Origin: Candidatus Omnitrophota bacterium
GTDB lineage: Bacteria; Omnitrophota; Gorgyraeia; Duberdicusellales; 4484-171
NCBI GenBank assembly: GCA_024231025.1
Contig: JAAEQW010000111.1
Span: 11,055-75,054, forward strand
Direction: 5' to 3'
Length of the DNA: 64,000 nt
Both the position numbers and the translations under genes were made by a program. The notes beneath the pieces were generated by a model. The model made no database searches and was not told where the DNA came from. It saw only the letters and a list, made by a program, of their open reading frames with translations. Below, in pieces: positions 29,344-37,685 of this stretch. The stretch's first letter is position 1. Each line of letters begins with the position of its first letter.

Positions 29344-30303
29344 ATGAATGATTTTGACCCCACTCAAAGTAAAATTCTTTTAGCAACCGAAGACCTAAAA
29401 TTACAAGATTTTATCACGCTAATCCTTATGGGAGAAGGGTACAATATAAAAGCCTTCTTCAACCAAGACGACCTATCGCAAGAGCTTAAAAAAGAGCCCG
29501 TAGACTTGATAATCATAGATTTTTTGTCGCCAAAGATAAATGGTCTGGAGTTTTGTAAAACCATCAGAGAAAACTTTACATCAAAATACACTCCTGTCTT
29601 ATTAATTGTACCCGAAGAAACCCCCTTATTAAAAACAAAAGCTATTTTTACCGGTGCGAACGATTTTATTGAAAAACCGTTCTCATCCGAAGAACTTTTA
29701 GCCAGAACCAAAGCTTCTCTGCTTCGCGCTCAAAGATATCAAGACACTAACCCATTAACTAAGCTCCCTGGCATGTCTACTACAGTAAAAGAATTGAATA
29801 TCCGTATAGAGTCGAAAGAGCAATTTGGCGCGGCTTATTGCGATCTTGGCAGTCTAAGGCGATACAACGAACGCTATGGCTTTAAACAAGGCGACCAGCT
29901 CCTTAAATATATTGCAAAACTTCTCACGCATTCTCTTAAAAGCTTAGGTAATCCATCAGATTTCCTTGCTCACATTGGTAGCGATGACTTCTTCTTTATC
30001 ACTTGTGCCGACGGAATTGAGCCAATATGTAAAAAAATTATCAATGACTTCGAGCAGACAATTACCGATTTTTATAACGACGAAGACAAAAAACAAGGTT
30101 ATGCCATCATAAAAAACAGAAAAGGAGAGGTTTCTAAAATACCCCTTCTTCGCATGCATATCGGTGCAGTCACCAATGAGTTCTTTCCATTTGTTTCTGC
30201 CGCGATGGTGCTTCAGATTACCACTGAGCTCAAAAATCACGCTAAGAAATTTCAGAAAAGTACCTATATAAAAGAGCGAAGAAAATCTTACCCATTTTGT
30301 TAA
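29344..30303 (+). CDS. Response regulator: REC + degenerate GGDEF (GSDDF) domain
   Basis: REC with DLIIIDF...EKPF. A GGDEF-like fold (CDLGSLRRYNERYGFKQGDQLL) in which the GG[DE]EF motif reads HIGSDDFFF and no RxxD I-site is present. Confidence 0.7.
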   Translation: MNDFDPTQSKILLATEDLKLQDFITLILMGEGYNIKAFFNQDDLSQELKKEPVDLIIIDFLSPKINGLEFCKTIRENFTSKYTPVLLIVPEETPLLKTKAIFTGANDFIEKPFSSEELLARTKASLLRAQRYQDTNPLTKLPGMSTTVKELNIRIESKEQFGAAYCDLGSLRRYNERYGFKQGDQLLKYIAKLLTHSLKSLGNPSDFLAHIGSDDFFFITCADGIEPICKKIINDFEQTITDFYNDEDKKQGYAIIKNRKGEVSKIPLLRMHIGAVTNEFFPFVSAAMVLQITTELKNHAKKFQKSTYIKERRKSYPFC

Positions 30304-30306
30304 TCT

Positions 30307-32241
30307 ATGCAATCTAAACAAAAAGAAAATATATTTTTCATCGTTTTAACCGCGGTTTGCTTTATTCTGTACCTTAAAAGCTTACACGGACCCTTTATCC
30401 TTGACGATAACCACATGATCGTAGAAAACTCTCTAATAAAAAATCACGCTTTTTTCCCGATGTTTTTTAAAGGGCTAGTAACAAGCTTTCCAATTGCTAA
30501 GGGAATGTGTCGGCCGCTTTTAATGCTTACTTTTGCTTTTAACTACTTAACTTGCGGTCTTAATCCAATTGGATATCGTATAATAAATATTCTTTTTCAC
30601 ATCCTAAACGTGACTCTGCTTTATGCTATCTTAAAATCGTTTAAGAAAGACTCACCGCAAGGATTGCTTTTTCTGATTAGCGCACTATTTGCTGTTCACC
30701 CCATAAATAGTGAAGCAATCATCTATATCTCTAGTCGTTCTGATTTAATGGTCACTTTTTTCATTCTAGCGGGATTTATCCTTCACGCCAAAGGCAAAAC
30801 CGTTTATTGCCTACTCCTTTACGCGGGAGCCCTACTAACAAAAGAAACCGGATTATGCTTTGGGCTCTTGATTTTTGCTTACGATTTTATAAACAAACGC
30901 TTCAGTAAAGAAAGACTTCCTTTTTATACCGGTTTGATACTGGTAACATTTTCGTATTTTTTGTACAAGATGGCATTTTTCGCCTCCCCGGGCAGTGCGC
31001 CTCTTCGATCTTACCTCTCTAATAGCGTCATTCAATCAGTAGTGACTTCTTTATACCTTAAATTATTTTTACTGCCAAACCCACTAAATTTAACTCATCC
31101 AGTTTCACTATCAATACCATCGGTTGCTTGGGCCATTTTCGTAATGATTGGATTAATTACTCTTCTGTTTGCCAGCAAAAAAAAATACCCCTTAGCAGCA
31201 TTCGCTATCGCCTGGCTATTAATTGGCTTGTTACCAAAATTTTACGCCCGCCTTGATGCGGTTAGCATGGAGCATCACTTCTATATGTCTAGCATTGGTT
31301 TATATATACTGCTGCTGGTTGTTCTAGGCGCTGTTTACTCGAACTATAAAAAATACACTCTTTATGTGGGATACGCTATCGCTCTTTGCTTTTCAATATT
31401 AATTATATTTCGTAATTTTGAATACAGCGATCCTTTGCTTTTTTGGAAATTATCTGCCAAGCGTAACCAACAATCAGGAACAATTAATAATAATCTAGGT
31501 CTAGAATATTTAAAACGAAATTTTAATAAAAAAGCAAAAGAAAGTTTTGAAAAAGCAATACTTACATCAACTCACAAAAGAACTACCGTTCATGCCATGA
31601 TTAACTTATCAAATATTTACCGAATGGAAAAAAATTATCCTAAAGCCTTAAGCCTTTTAAAAGAAACTTTAAAATTAACCACCTTCGCGGCTAATGGCGT
31701 CTATCAAGGTATCGGCATAATCTATATGAACATGGGAAAAGAAAAAGAAGCTATCGCAGCCTGGAACGAAGAACTAAAAAATTATCCCGGATCAAGCGAA
31801 ACCTTCCTAAATCTAGGCATATTTTATCTTCGCAAAAATAACACCGATCAAGCTAAAGAAGCATTTAAAAGAGCAGTCTTTACTAATTCCAGCCATTATG
31901 CCGGTTATTACGGGCTGGCTCAAACTTATGAAAAGGAGAATCAATTAGCTCAAGCGATAAGCATGTATGAGAAGGCAGCCGCACTTCAGCCTAATGATGC
32001 TGCTACCCATTACTTTTTAGGTGCTGCTTATGCTAAAATGGGAGATAGCCGGGCAATAAACGAACTAAAAAAAGCTATTTATTTTAATCCAAGATTTCAC
32101 AAGGCCCACAATGATTTAGCCATCGCTTACGCTTCATTAGTTAACCCTAAATGGAAATTGGCAAAAAAACACGCCAAAATTGCCAAAGAGTTGGGTTACA
32201 AGGTAAAGAGAGAATTTTTAGAGTTACTCAATAAAAATTAA
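30307..32241 (+). CDS. TMTC-like GT-C glycosyltransferase with C-terminal TPR repeats (paralog 1)
   Basis: The N-terminal polytopic domain has an FILDDNHM loop and CRPLLMLTFAFNYL, cf. TMTC/DUF1736 SYRPL..LTF..NY. Multiple TPRs in the C-terminal half. Confidence 0.65.
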   Translation: MQSKQKENIFFIVLTAVCFILYLKSLHGPFILDDNHMIVENSLIKNHAFFPMFFKGLVTSFPIAKGMCRPLLMLTFAFNYLTCGLNPIGYRIINILFHILNVTLLYAILKSFKKDSPQGLLFLISALFAVHPINSEAIIYISSRSDLMVTFFILAGFILHAKGKTVYCLLLYAGALLTKETGLCFGLLIFAYDFINKRFSKERLPFYTGLILVTFSYFLYKMAFFASPGSAPLRSYLSNSVIQSVVTSLYLKLFLLPNPLNLTHPVSLSIPSVAWAIFVMIGLITLLFASKKKYPLAAFAIAWLLIGLLPKFYARLDAVSMEHHFYMSSIGLYILLLVVLGAVYSNYKKYTLYVGYAIALCFSILIIFRNFEYSDPLLFWKLSAKRNQQSGTINNNLGLEYLKRNFNKKAKESFEKAILTSTHKRTTVHAMINLSNIYRMEKNYPKALSLLKETLKLTTFAANGVYQGIGIIYMNMGKEKEAIAAWNEELKNYPGSSETFLNLGIFYLRKNNTDQAKEAFKRAVFTNSSHYAGYYGLAQTYEKENQLAQAISMYEKAAALQPNDAATHYFLGAAYAKMGDSRAINELKKAIYFNPRFHKAHNDLAIAYASLVNPKWKLAKKHAKIAKELGYKVKREFLELLNKN

Positions 32242-32243
32242 AA

Positions 32244-34235
32244 ATGCTTAGTCGTCAAAAATTTATATTAGTTATCACTTGTGCTGTTTTTGTTTTTCTG
32301 CTTTACCTTTCTTCGCTGCAAACTCCTTTTATTTTCGACGATAACCATATGGTAGTACGAAATTCCTTAATTAAACATATAAAACACCTACCAGCATTTT
32401 TTAAGGGCTTTGCAACTAGCGCTCCTGTTCCCAAAGGAATGTGTCGGCCGCTTTTAATGCTTACTTTTGCCTTTAACTACTTAACTTGTGGCCTTAATCC
32501 AATTGGGTACCGCATAATAAATATTCTTTTTCATTTTCTAAACGTAGCGGTTCTATTTCTTTTGCTAAAAGAATTACTCACTAAAGTTCACGTTAAACCG
32601 CCGAATTCGATCTTTGCTTTTATTCCCACTTTAATATTTTTGGTTCATCCAATTAATATTGAAAGCATAACCTACATTTCTAGTCGTTCTGATTTAATGG
32701 TTACCTTATTCTTATTGCTGGGCATCACCTGCCACATTAAAAACAAATACTCTTTGAGCCTGCTATGTTACGCAGCAGCTCTACTGACTAAAGAAACTGC
32801 CCTTAGCTTTATTTTCTTTATCACAACTTATGACTTTATATTTCGAAAAACATCAATAAAGCAATGGTTAAAAAATAGGTTTTCCCTTTACGCCGCAATC
32901 GCTTCGGTAAGCGCACTCTATTTGATTTATAAAAATACTACATTTCGGGCTGACTATGTTGCACCACTACGGTCGTATTATTCTAATTTTCTTATTCAAG
33001 CTAGAGTTACTTTTCTTTATCTTAAGTTATTCATTTGGCCGAAAGGATTAACCTTGTTTCATTATATCCCCGACTATAAAACCATTTTTAACCTGGGAGC
33101 ATTTTTATCAGTTTCGGGATTGCTGGGAATCGTTTTTATCGGATTTAAAACAGTTAAAAAACAACCGCTTTTTTCTTTGGGGATATTTTGGTTTCTTGTA
33201 GGGTTAGCACCTAAGTTTTACGCACGGCTTAGAATCGTCGCAATGGAACATCATTTTTACCTTGCTGGTATCGGCATTTATCTAATTATTGCGTTTGGAT
33301 TAAGCAAATTTTATCCAAAACTTAAATATAAAACATATTTTACAATATGTGTAATCTCTATCCTCTCTTTGCTTACCTTTATACGAAATCTTGAATATCG
33401 AGACGATCTTATCTTTTGGAAAATAACTGCTCAACGAAATCCTCACTCGGCTAATGCCCGCATGGGCCTAGGGGTGAGATATATGAATCTTGAAATATGG
33501 TCAAAAGCAAAAGAAGAAATCGAAAAAGCTATTCCTTTAATCAAAGATGAAGAAAATGCACAAAAAGCCAAAATAAACCTCATCCGTGTTTACAAAGAAG
33601 CTGGAGAAAATGAAATGGCAGAAAAATTATTAGAAGAAACCACCCGACAAGTCGCTAAAACCGAAAGGCCACCAGCAGGAGTTCTCCAAAACTTAGGAGT
33701 TATCTACTTTTTAGCCGCCGAAGATGAAAAAGCCCTCACTATCTGGAGGAGAGCATTAAAGCTTTACCCCCAAAGTGCAGGAATTCATACTAATCTCGGC
33801 AATTATTATTTAAAAAAGAGTGCCCTGGCCAAGGCAGAAAAGTTACTTGATAAAGCTATCGAATTGGACCCCGACTCTTTAGAGGCAGTTTTTGCTTTGG
33901 GAAACTTATATCAAGTAAGTAATCGCTCTAATAAAGCTATCGCTCTCTATAAAAAGGCTCTCGCAACCGGCCACGGTAAAAAAAACCACTTATTGTACTA
34001 TAATATAGGAGCACTTTATTTAAAACAGGATGGCCACAAAGGGGTAGAGTATTTAGCTAAGGCAATTGATCTAAAACCAGATTTTGCCATGGCTTACAAC
34101 GATTTATCAGTTTTCTTTGCCTCTGTGAATCCTCCGGACTGGAAACTAGCTAAAGAATTTGCCGAAAAAGCCGCTAATTTTGGATTTAAGCCAAATGAAG
34201 AATTCTTAAAGTTCTTGGAAAATGTTGATAATTAA
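32244..34235 (+). CDS. TMTC-like GT-C glycosyltransferase with C-terminal TPR repeats (paralog 2)
   Basis: Same architecture. A 34-aa block is identical to paralog 1, with ~100 bp of near-identical DNA. Confidence 0.65.
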   Translation: MLSRQKFILVITCAVFVFLLYLSSLQTPFIFDDNHMVVRNSLIKHIKHLPAFFKGFATSAPVPKGMCRPLLMLTFAFNYLTCGLNPIGYRIINILFHFLNVAVLFLLLKELLTKVHVKPPNSIFAFIPTLIFLVHPINIESITYISSRSDLMVTLFLLLGITCHIKNKYSLSLLCYAAALLTKETALSFIFFITTYDFIFRKTSIKQWLKNRFSLYAAIASVSALYLIYKNTTFRADYVAPLRSYYSNFLIQARVTFLYLKLFIWPKGLTLFHYIPDYKTIFNLGAFLSVSGLLGIVFIGFKTVKKQPLFSLGIFWFLVGLAPKFYARLRIVAMEHHFYLAGIGIYLIIAFGLSKFYPKLKYKTYFTICVISILSLLTFIRNLEYRDDLIFWKITAQRNPHSANARMGLGVRYMNLEIWSKAKEEIEKAIPLIKDEENAQKAKINLIRVYKEAGENEMAEKLLEETTRQVAKTERPPAGVLQNLGVIYFLAAEDEKALTIWRRALKLYPQSAGIHTNLGNYYLKKSALAKAEKLLDKAIELDPDSLEAVFALGNLYQVSNRSNKAIALYKKALATGHGKKNHLLYYNIGALYLKQDGHKGVEYLAKAIDLKPDFAMAYNDLSVFFASVNPPDWKLAKEFAEKAANFGFKPNEEFLKFLENVDN

Positions 34236-34606
34236 ATACTACTGGTACAAACAGGATCGCTAGTCATAGTATAAGCAGTTACAACGCCTCTAAAAATACT
34301 AGTAGTGTAGTAATCGTTCCAGTCCACACTTGGATTAGGATGAGTAGGTAATATTCTTTCACTAAAATAGTCCGCCGCAAACGTAGCATCTAATGAGGCT
34401 GGAAATTGTGCCGTTTGATCAATCGCATAACGAGCATAGTAATTACCTAAAGCTGTTCTTATTGCCCCTAAAGATTGCGAACAAGCCGCTATTTGAGCAT
34501 CTCGCCTTAAATTTATAAACTTTGGTATCGCCATTGAAGCCAGAATTCCAATAATAACGATAACCATAATTAATTCAATAAGGGTAAACGATTTATTTTT
34601 AATCAC
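34232..34606 (-). CDS. pilA: Type IVa pilin (PilA-like), paralog B
   Basis: MIKNKS/FTLIELIMVIVIIGILA with E+5 and a C-terminal Cys pair. The stop codon overlaps the stop of the convergent TMTC-like gene (TTAA). Confidence 0.8.
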   Translation of the reverse strand: MIKNKSFTLIELIMVIVIIGILASMAIPKFINLRRDAQIAACSQSLGAIRTALGNYYARYAIDQTAQFPASLDATFAADYFSERILPTHPNPSVDWNDYYTTSIFRGVVTAYTMTSDPVCTSSI

Positions 34607-34690
34607 TGTAATCTCCTGGCATACTTCAAATATACCTTTTAAATAACAGCTATAGAGCTGTGGTTATTCCGCAACAGCATCAAGTTGTCT

Positions 34691-34720
34691 AAAAAAAAGG
34701 CCCCACAAAACTGTGGGGCC
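34691..34720 (-). terminator. Rho-independent terminator downstream of pilin paralog A
   Basis: GGCCCCACA-GTTTT-GTGGGGCC hairpin followed by T8 on the minus strand. Confidence 0.75.
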
Positions 34721-34745
34721 TTTATTGTGCTAACTAAAAAGCAAC

Positions 34746-35117
34746 TTAGATACTGTCGGTACAAATAGGAGCATTGCTTAAAGTATACGCAGTTGCGACA
34801 GAACCAACAAGGCTAGGGACGTAATAACTATCCCAAAGAGCACCTTGAGGATGGCCTGGTAGTGTTCTTTCAGCAAGATAATCTACCGCAAAAGTTCCAG
34901 CCAATTTGGTTGGAAATTGTGCTGTCTGGTCAATCGCAAAACGAGCGTAATAATTAGAAAGCGCAGTCCTAATAGCTGATAAGCTTCCTTCGCAAGCTGC
35001 CATTTGAGCATCTCTTCTCAAATTAACAAACTTAGGCACAGCAATAGCAGCTAAAATACCAATGATAACAATAACCATGATCAACTCGATAAGAGTAAAA
35101 CCTTTTCTCATAAACAT
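34746..35117 (-). CDS. pilA: Type IVa major pilin (PilA-like), paralog A
   Basis: MFMRKG/FTLIELIMVIVIIGILA with a canonical G-1/F+1/E+5. Strong SD (AGGAGGTGA) and its own terminator. Confidence 0.85.
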   Translation of the reverse strand: MFMRKGFTLIELIMVIVIIGILAAIAVPKFVNLRRDAQMAACEGSLSAIRTALSNYYARFAIDQTAQFPTKLAGTFAVDYLAERTLPGHPQGALWDSYYVPSLVGSVATAYTLSNAPICTDSI

Positions 35118-35191
35118 CCTGAATCACCTCCTTTCTTTCGTCCCTTTTTTTCGGGACAGATTTAAGAATTAAAATAACTTCTTATAAGCTC

Positions 35192-35219
35192 AGAGTATCA
35201 CTCCCCGCTTAAAAGTCAA
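35192..35219 (-). promoter_or_regulatory. Possible sigma70-like promoter for pilin A (TTGACT-N16-TACTCT)
   Basis: Read from the minus strand upstream of 35117. Weak -10 element. Confidence 0.2.
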
Positions 35220-35534
35220 GTTAAAATGAAAAAGAACAATAAAAAAACCGAACTATTTCTCGATAAGTCGCCTCATAGTTCGGTTATCCCGTTTACCTTC
35301 GGCAGCCTGGCGACCCTTTCAGGGCCCATAGCTTTGCTCAGCCATCGCTATCATAAGCGTTGGCTAACCCGCTCTTGGCGGGGCCCCCCGATCACTCGGG
35401 GTTTGCTCTTATCGAGTATCCAATTTGTCTTACAACCCATGTATAACACACCATGGCATAGATGTCAAGGAAATCGACAATCTTTTATGTAAATGACTGG
35501 CACAAAAGGAGTTATGAGCGAATTCTACAGACAC

Positions 35535-36488
35535 CTACCCCCCAATGGGGCCATCCGAAGGGGGATCAATTTCGGCTTTCCAATCGGGAACTTGTTTTAC
35601 TTCAGCTAAAATACTTTTTATGATATCCTCTCTTATTTCCAGAAATTTGACCCCAAGAAAATACCGCCCGCCACGCTCGAGGTTGCAACGCACAACCTCT
35701 GCACTGGCCTCATACGAAGAGTCTTTTGATGGAAATTTAATCATTACTTTCGAATATGGAGGCAAAAATATAAAAGTTCTTATCCCCAGAGCATTACCGC
35801 TGGCAGAAATATCCAAAACCGTAGCCGAAACATACGATGATGACACAAGCTTTACGCGCTCATCCACAGGTTTAAAATCAACCGGAAGTTTTATTGACAA
35901 TCTTTCCGATTCTCGCCAAAAAGGCATCAAGCCAAGCCCCTGTGGAGACACAATTAAATCTTCTAAGTCAAAATACTTGTCATCTGGTCCAAAAAATGCG
36001 TTTACTGCTCCTTGAATAGCGCTTGGGGTGCCAAACACCGGATAAATCTCTAAATCAGTAGCCTGCATTGTGAGAGTGCTCACTAAACCAGCATCCAAGG
36101 GATTGGCCATGCAAACATACATGATATTTTCCACTTTAAAAATCGGCAAGAAATAATTTTCCCGATAGAGAGCTTCGGGAAAAAAGCTTAAAAGTTCTGG
36201 ATCCAATTCGTAATCACTGATTCTTAAAAAGGGGATCAAGGCATGTTGAGCAAAGAACATGTAAACATCCTCTTCGGTCATAAAATTCATTCGTATCAAT
36301 GTAGAATACAAAGACTTACCGCTCTTCTGTTGCTCCTCTTTAGCCTTTATAAACTCATTAGGCTTAACCCAGGACTCTTTAATTAGTTTTGTTTCTAATC
36401 TTTCTGTCATTATTTTGATTATGGGATCTTTCTGCCGGTAACACGCGAAACCGCGGCCGCTTCGGGATGCGCCATTGCGCACCCCCAT
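35535..36488 (-). CDS. T2SSE_N (GspE/MshE N-terminal)-PilZ domain protein; start uncertain (alternative ATG at 36408-36410)
   Basis: N-terminal region matches the T2SSE_N pattern (...LDPELLSFFPEALYRENYFLPI...MANPLD...). C-terminal PilZ motifs are WRESER and DISASGNALG. Confidence 0.6.
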   Translation of the reverse strand: MGVRNGASRSGRGFACYRQKDPIIKIMTERLETKLIKESWVKPNEFIKAKEEQQKSGKSLYSTLIRMNFMTEEDVYMFFAQHALIPFLRISDYELDPELLSFFPEALYRENYFLPIFKVENIMYVCMANPLDAGLVSTLTMQATDLEIYPVFGTPSAIQGAVNAFFGPDDKYFDLEDLIVSPQGLGLMPFWRESERLSIKLPVDFKPVDERVKLVSSSYVSATVLDISASGNALGIRTFIFLPPYSKVMIKFPSKDSSYEASAEVVRCNLERGGRYFLGVKFLEIREDIIKSILAEVKQVPDWKAEIDPPSDGPIGG

Positions 36489-36501
36489 ACGATTAATTCA
36501 A

Positions 36502-36732
36502 CTATCTGCTCTGATTTAACTCATATAAACTTAGCGAAATGCTAAAAAGCAAACACATCATAGCAAAAAACAAAACTTCTTTGTAATTAATACCGAAAAC
36601 TATTTGGGAAATACTTAATATTCTCAAGCCGATCCCAACAACAAAGCTCATAAAAGCCATTGCAATAAAAAAATCATCACCAACACTATATACACTTTTC
36701 ATAACACACCTCCCCTTTTTTACCTTCACCAA
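36502..36732 (-). CDS. Small two-TM membrane protein (paralog of 4389..4622); likely start MKSVYS at 36700-36702 preceded by GGGGAGGTG
   Basis: About 85% aa identity to the other copy. Confidence 0.55.
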   Translation of the reverse strand: MVKVKKGRCVMKSVYSVGDDFFIAMAFMSFVVGIGLRILSISQIVFGINYKEVLFFAMMCLLFSISLSLYELNQSR

Positions 36733-36776
36733 AAATTATTTAGCCCGAAAGGATGCCGTATATAAACCAACCAAAT

Positions 36777-37346
36777 TTACTTCTTTTGATTAGGATAATA
36801 TTTTTTCATGAAATCTTCGATAATCTCTGAAACATGCTTCTCGCCGGTAGCATAAGCAGCACTTTCTTTAATATCTTCGGGTACGATTTTTGGGTGTTTT
36901 TCCTCCAAAGCCTTAAACCACTCCGCCTGTTGACGTACTATTCTTAAAAGCGCACGATTTTCCTTTAGTATGGAGTGATAATCAAACGCTTGTCTAACTA
37001 ATATTCTTAACTCTTCTACTTCAACCGGTTTCAAAATATAACGCCATATGTGCACCCTATTTATAGCGTCCATAGCACTTCCTAAATCGGGATAACCAGT
37101 AATCAAAATCCTTATGGTGTCAGGATAAAGACGTTTCACTTTAATAAGAAAATCAACCCCCATCATACCAGGAAGTTTATTGTCACAAATAATTAGCTCT
37201 ACTTCACCATAATCCTGTAAAATTTTCCATCCCTCTTCGGCATCTTTTGCGGTTAATATTTCCCTGCTATCATCTTCCAGAATCCTTTTCAAAGAAGAAA
37301 GAATATGCGGTTCATCGTCAACAATAAGAATTGTACTTTTCGACAT
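36777..37346 (-). CDS. Response regulator receiver protein with ~70-aa C-terminal extension
   Basis: ILIVDDEPHILSSL...ELIICDNKLPGMMGVDFL...ILITGY. Confidence 0.8.
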   Translation of the reverse strand: MSKSTILIVDDEPHILSSLKRILEDDSREILTAKDAEEGWKILQDYGEVELIICDNKLPGMMGVDFLIKVKRLYPDTIRILITGYPDLGSAMDAINRVHIWRYILKPVEVEELRILVRQAFDYHSILKENRALLRIVRQQAEWFKALEEKHPKIVPEDIKESAAYATGEKHVSEIIEDFMKKYYPNQKK

Positions 37347-37685
37347 TTAATCCTCCCAATGGTCAATTAATTCTTTTAGAAACTTTACTCCATCTACAGG
37401 AAAAACCTTGGTAAACATAACTCCCATTCCAGAAGGCAATCCGGCCGCTGGGGTTTTTCTAACCCAGGCAACCACTGCACTCGCCTGAATTCTTCGCACT
37501 TCTTCTCGGCCTACCTCAAAAATAACTTCCAAGGGAGCACCGATTTCCTCGATTTTGTCGGTAATAATGAACATCCCGCCTTGAGAAAGGTTTGAGATCT
37601 CAACACTTTGCAGGATCTTCTCCCCCGTGCAATCAACCGCCAATTTTATTTTAATGCGCCGATAACGTCGTCTTTCTTCACTCAT
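37347..37685 (-). CDS. Stand-alone PilZ domain protein
   Basis: RRYRRIKIKL...ISNLSQGGMF (RxxxR and D/NxSxxG). Translationally coupled between the histidine kinase and the receiver. Confidence 0.65.
   Translation of the reverse strand: MSEERRRYRRIKIKLAVDCTGEKILQSVEISNLSQGGMFIITDKIEEIGAPLEVIFEVGREEVRRIQASAVVAWVRKTPAAGLPSGMGVMFTKVFPVDGVKFLKELIDHWED

Noticed and set aside
35226-35492. 88-aa plus-strand ORF in the pilin A upstream region
   Set aside because: It lies in a GC-rich, hairpin-dense intergenic leader and has no recognisable protein features or RBS. It is better explained as a structured RNA or UTR (see finding).
35497-35515. TGGCAC (sigma54 -24-like) motifs at 35497 and at ~49266
   Set aside because: No matching TTGC -12 element is present at the correct spacing. 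Both are on the plus strand, opposite to the genes they would need to drive.
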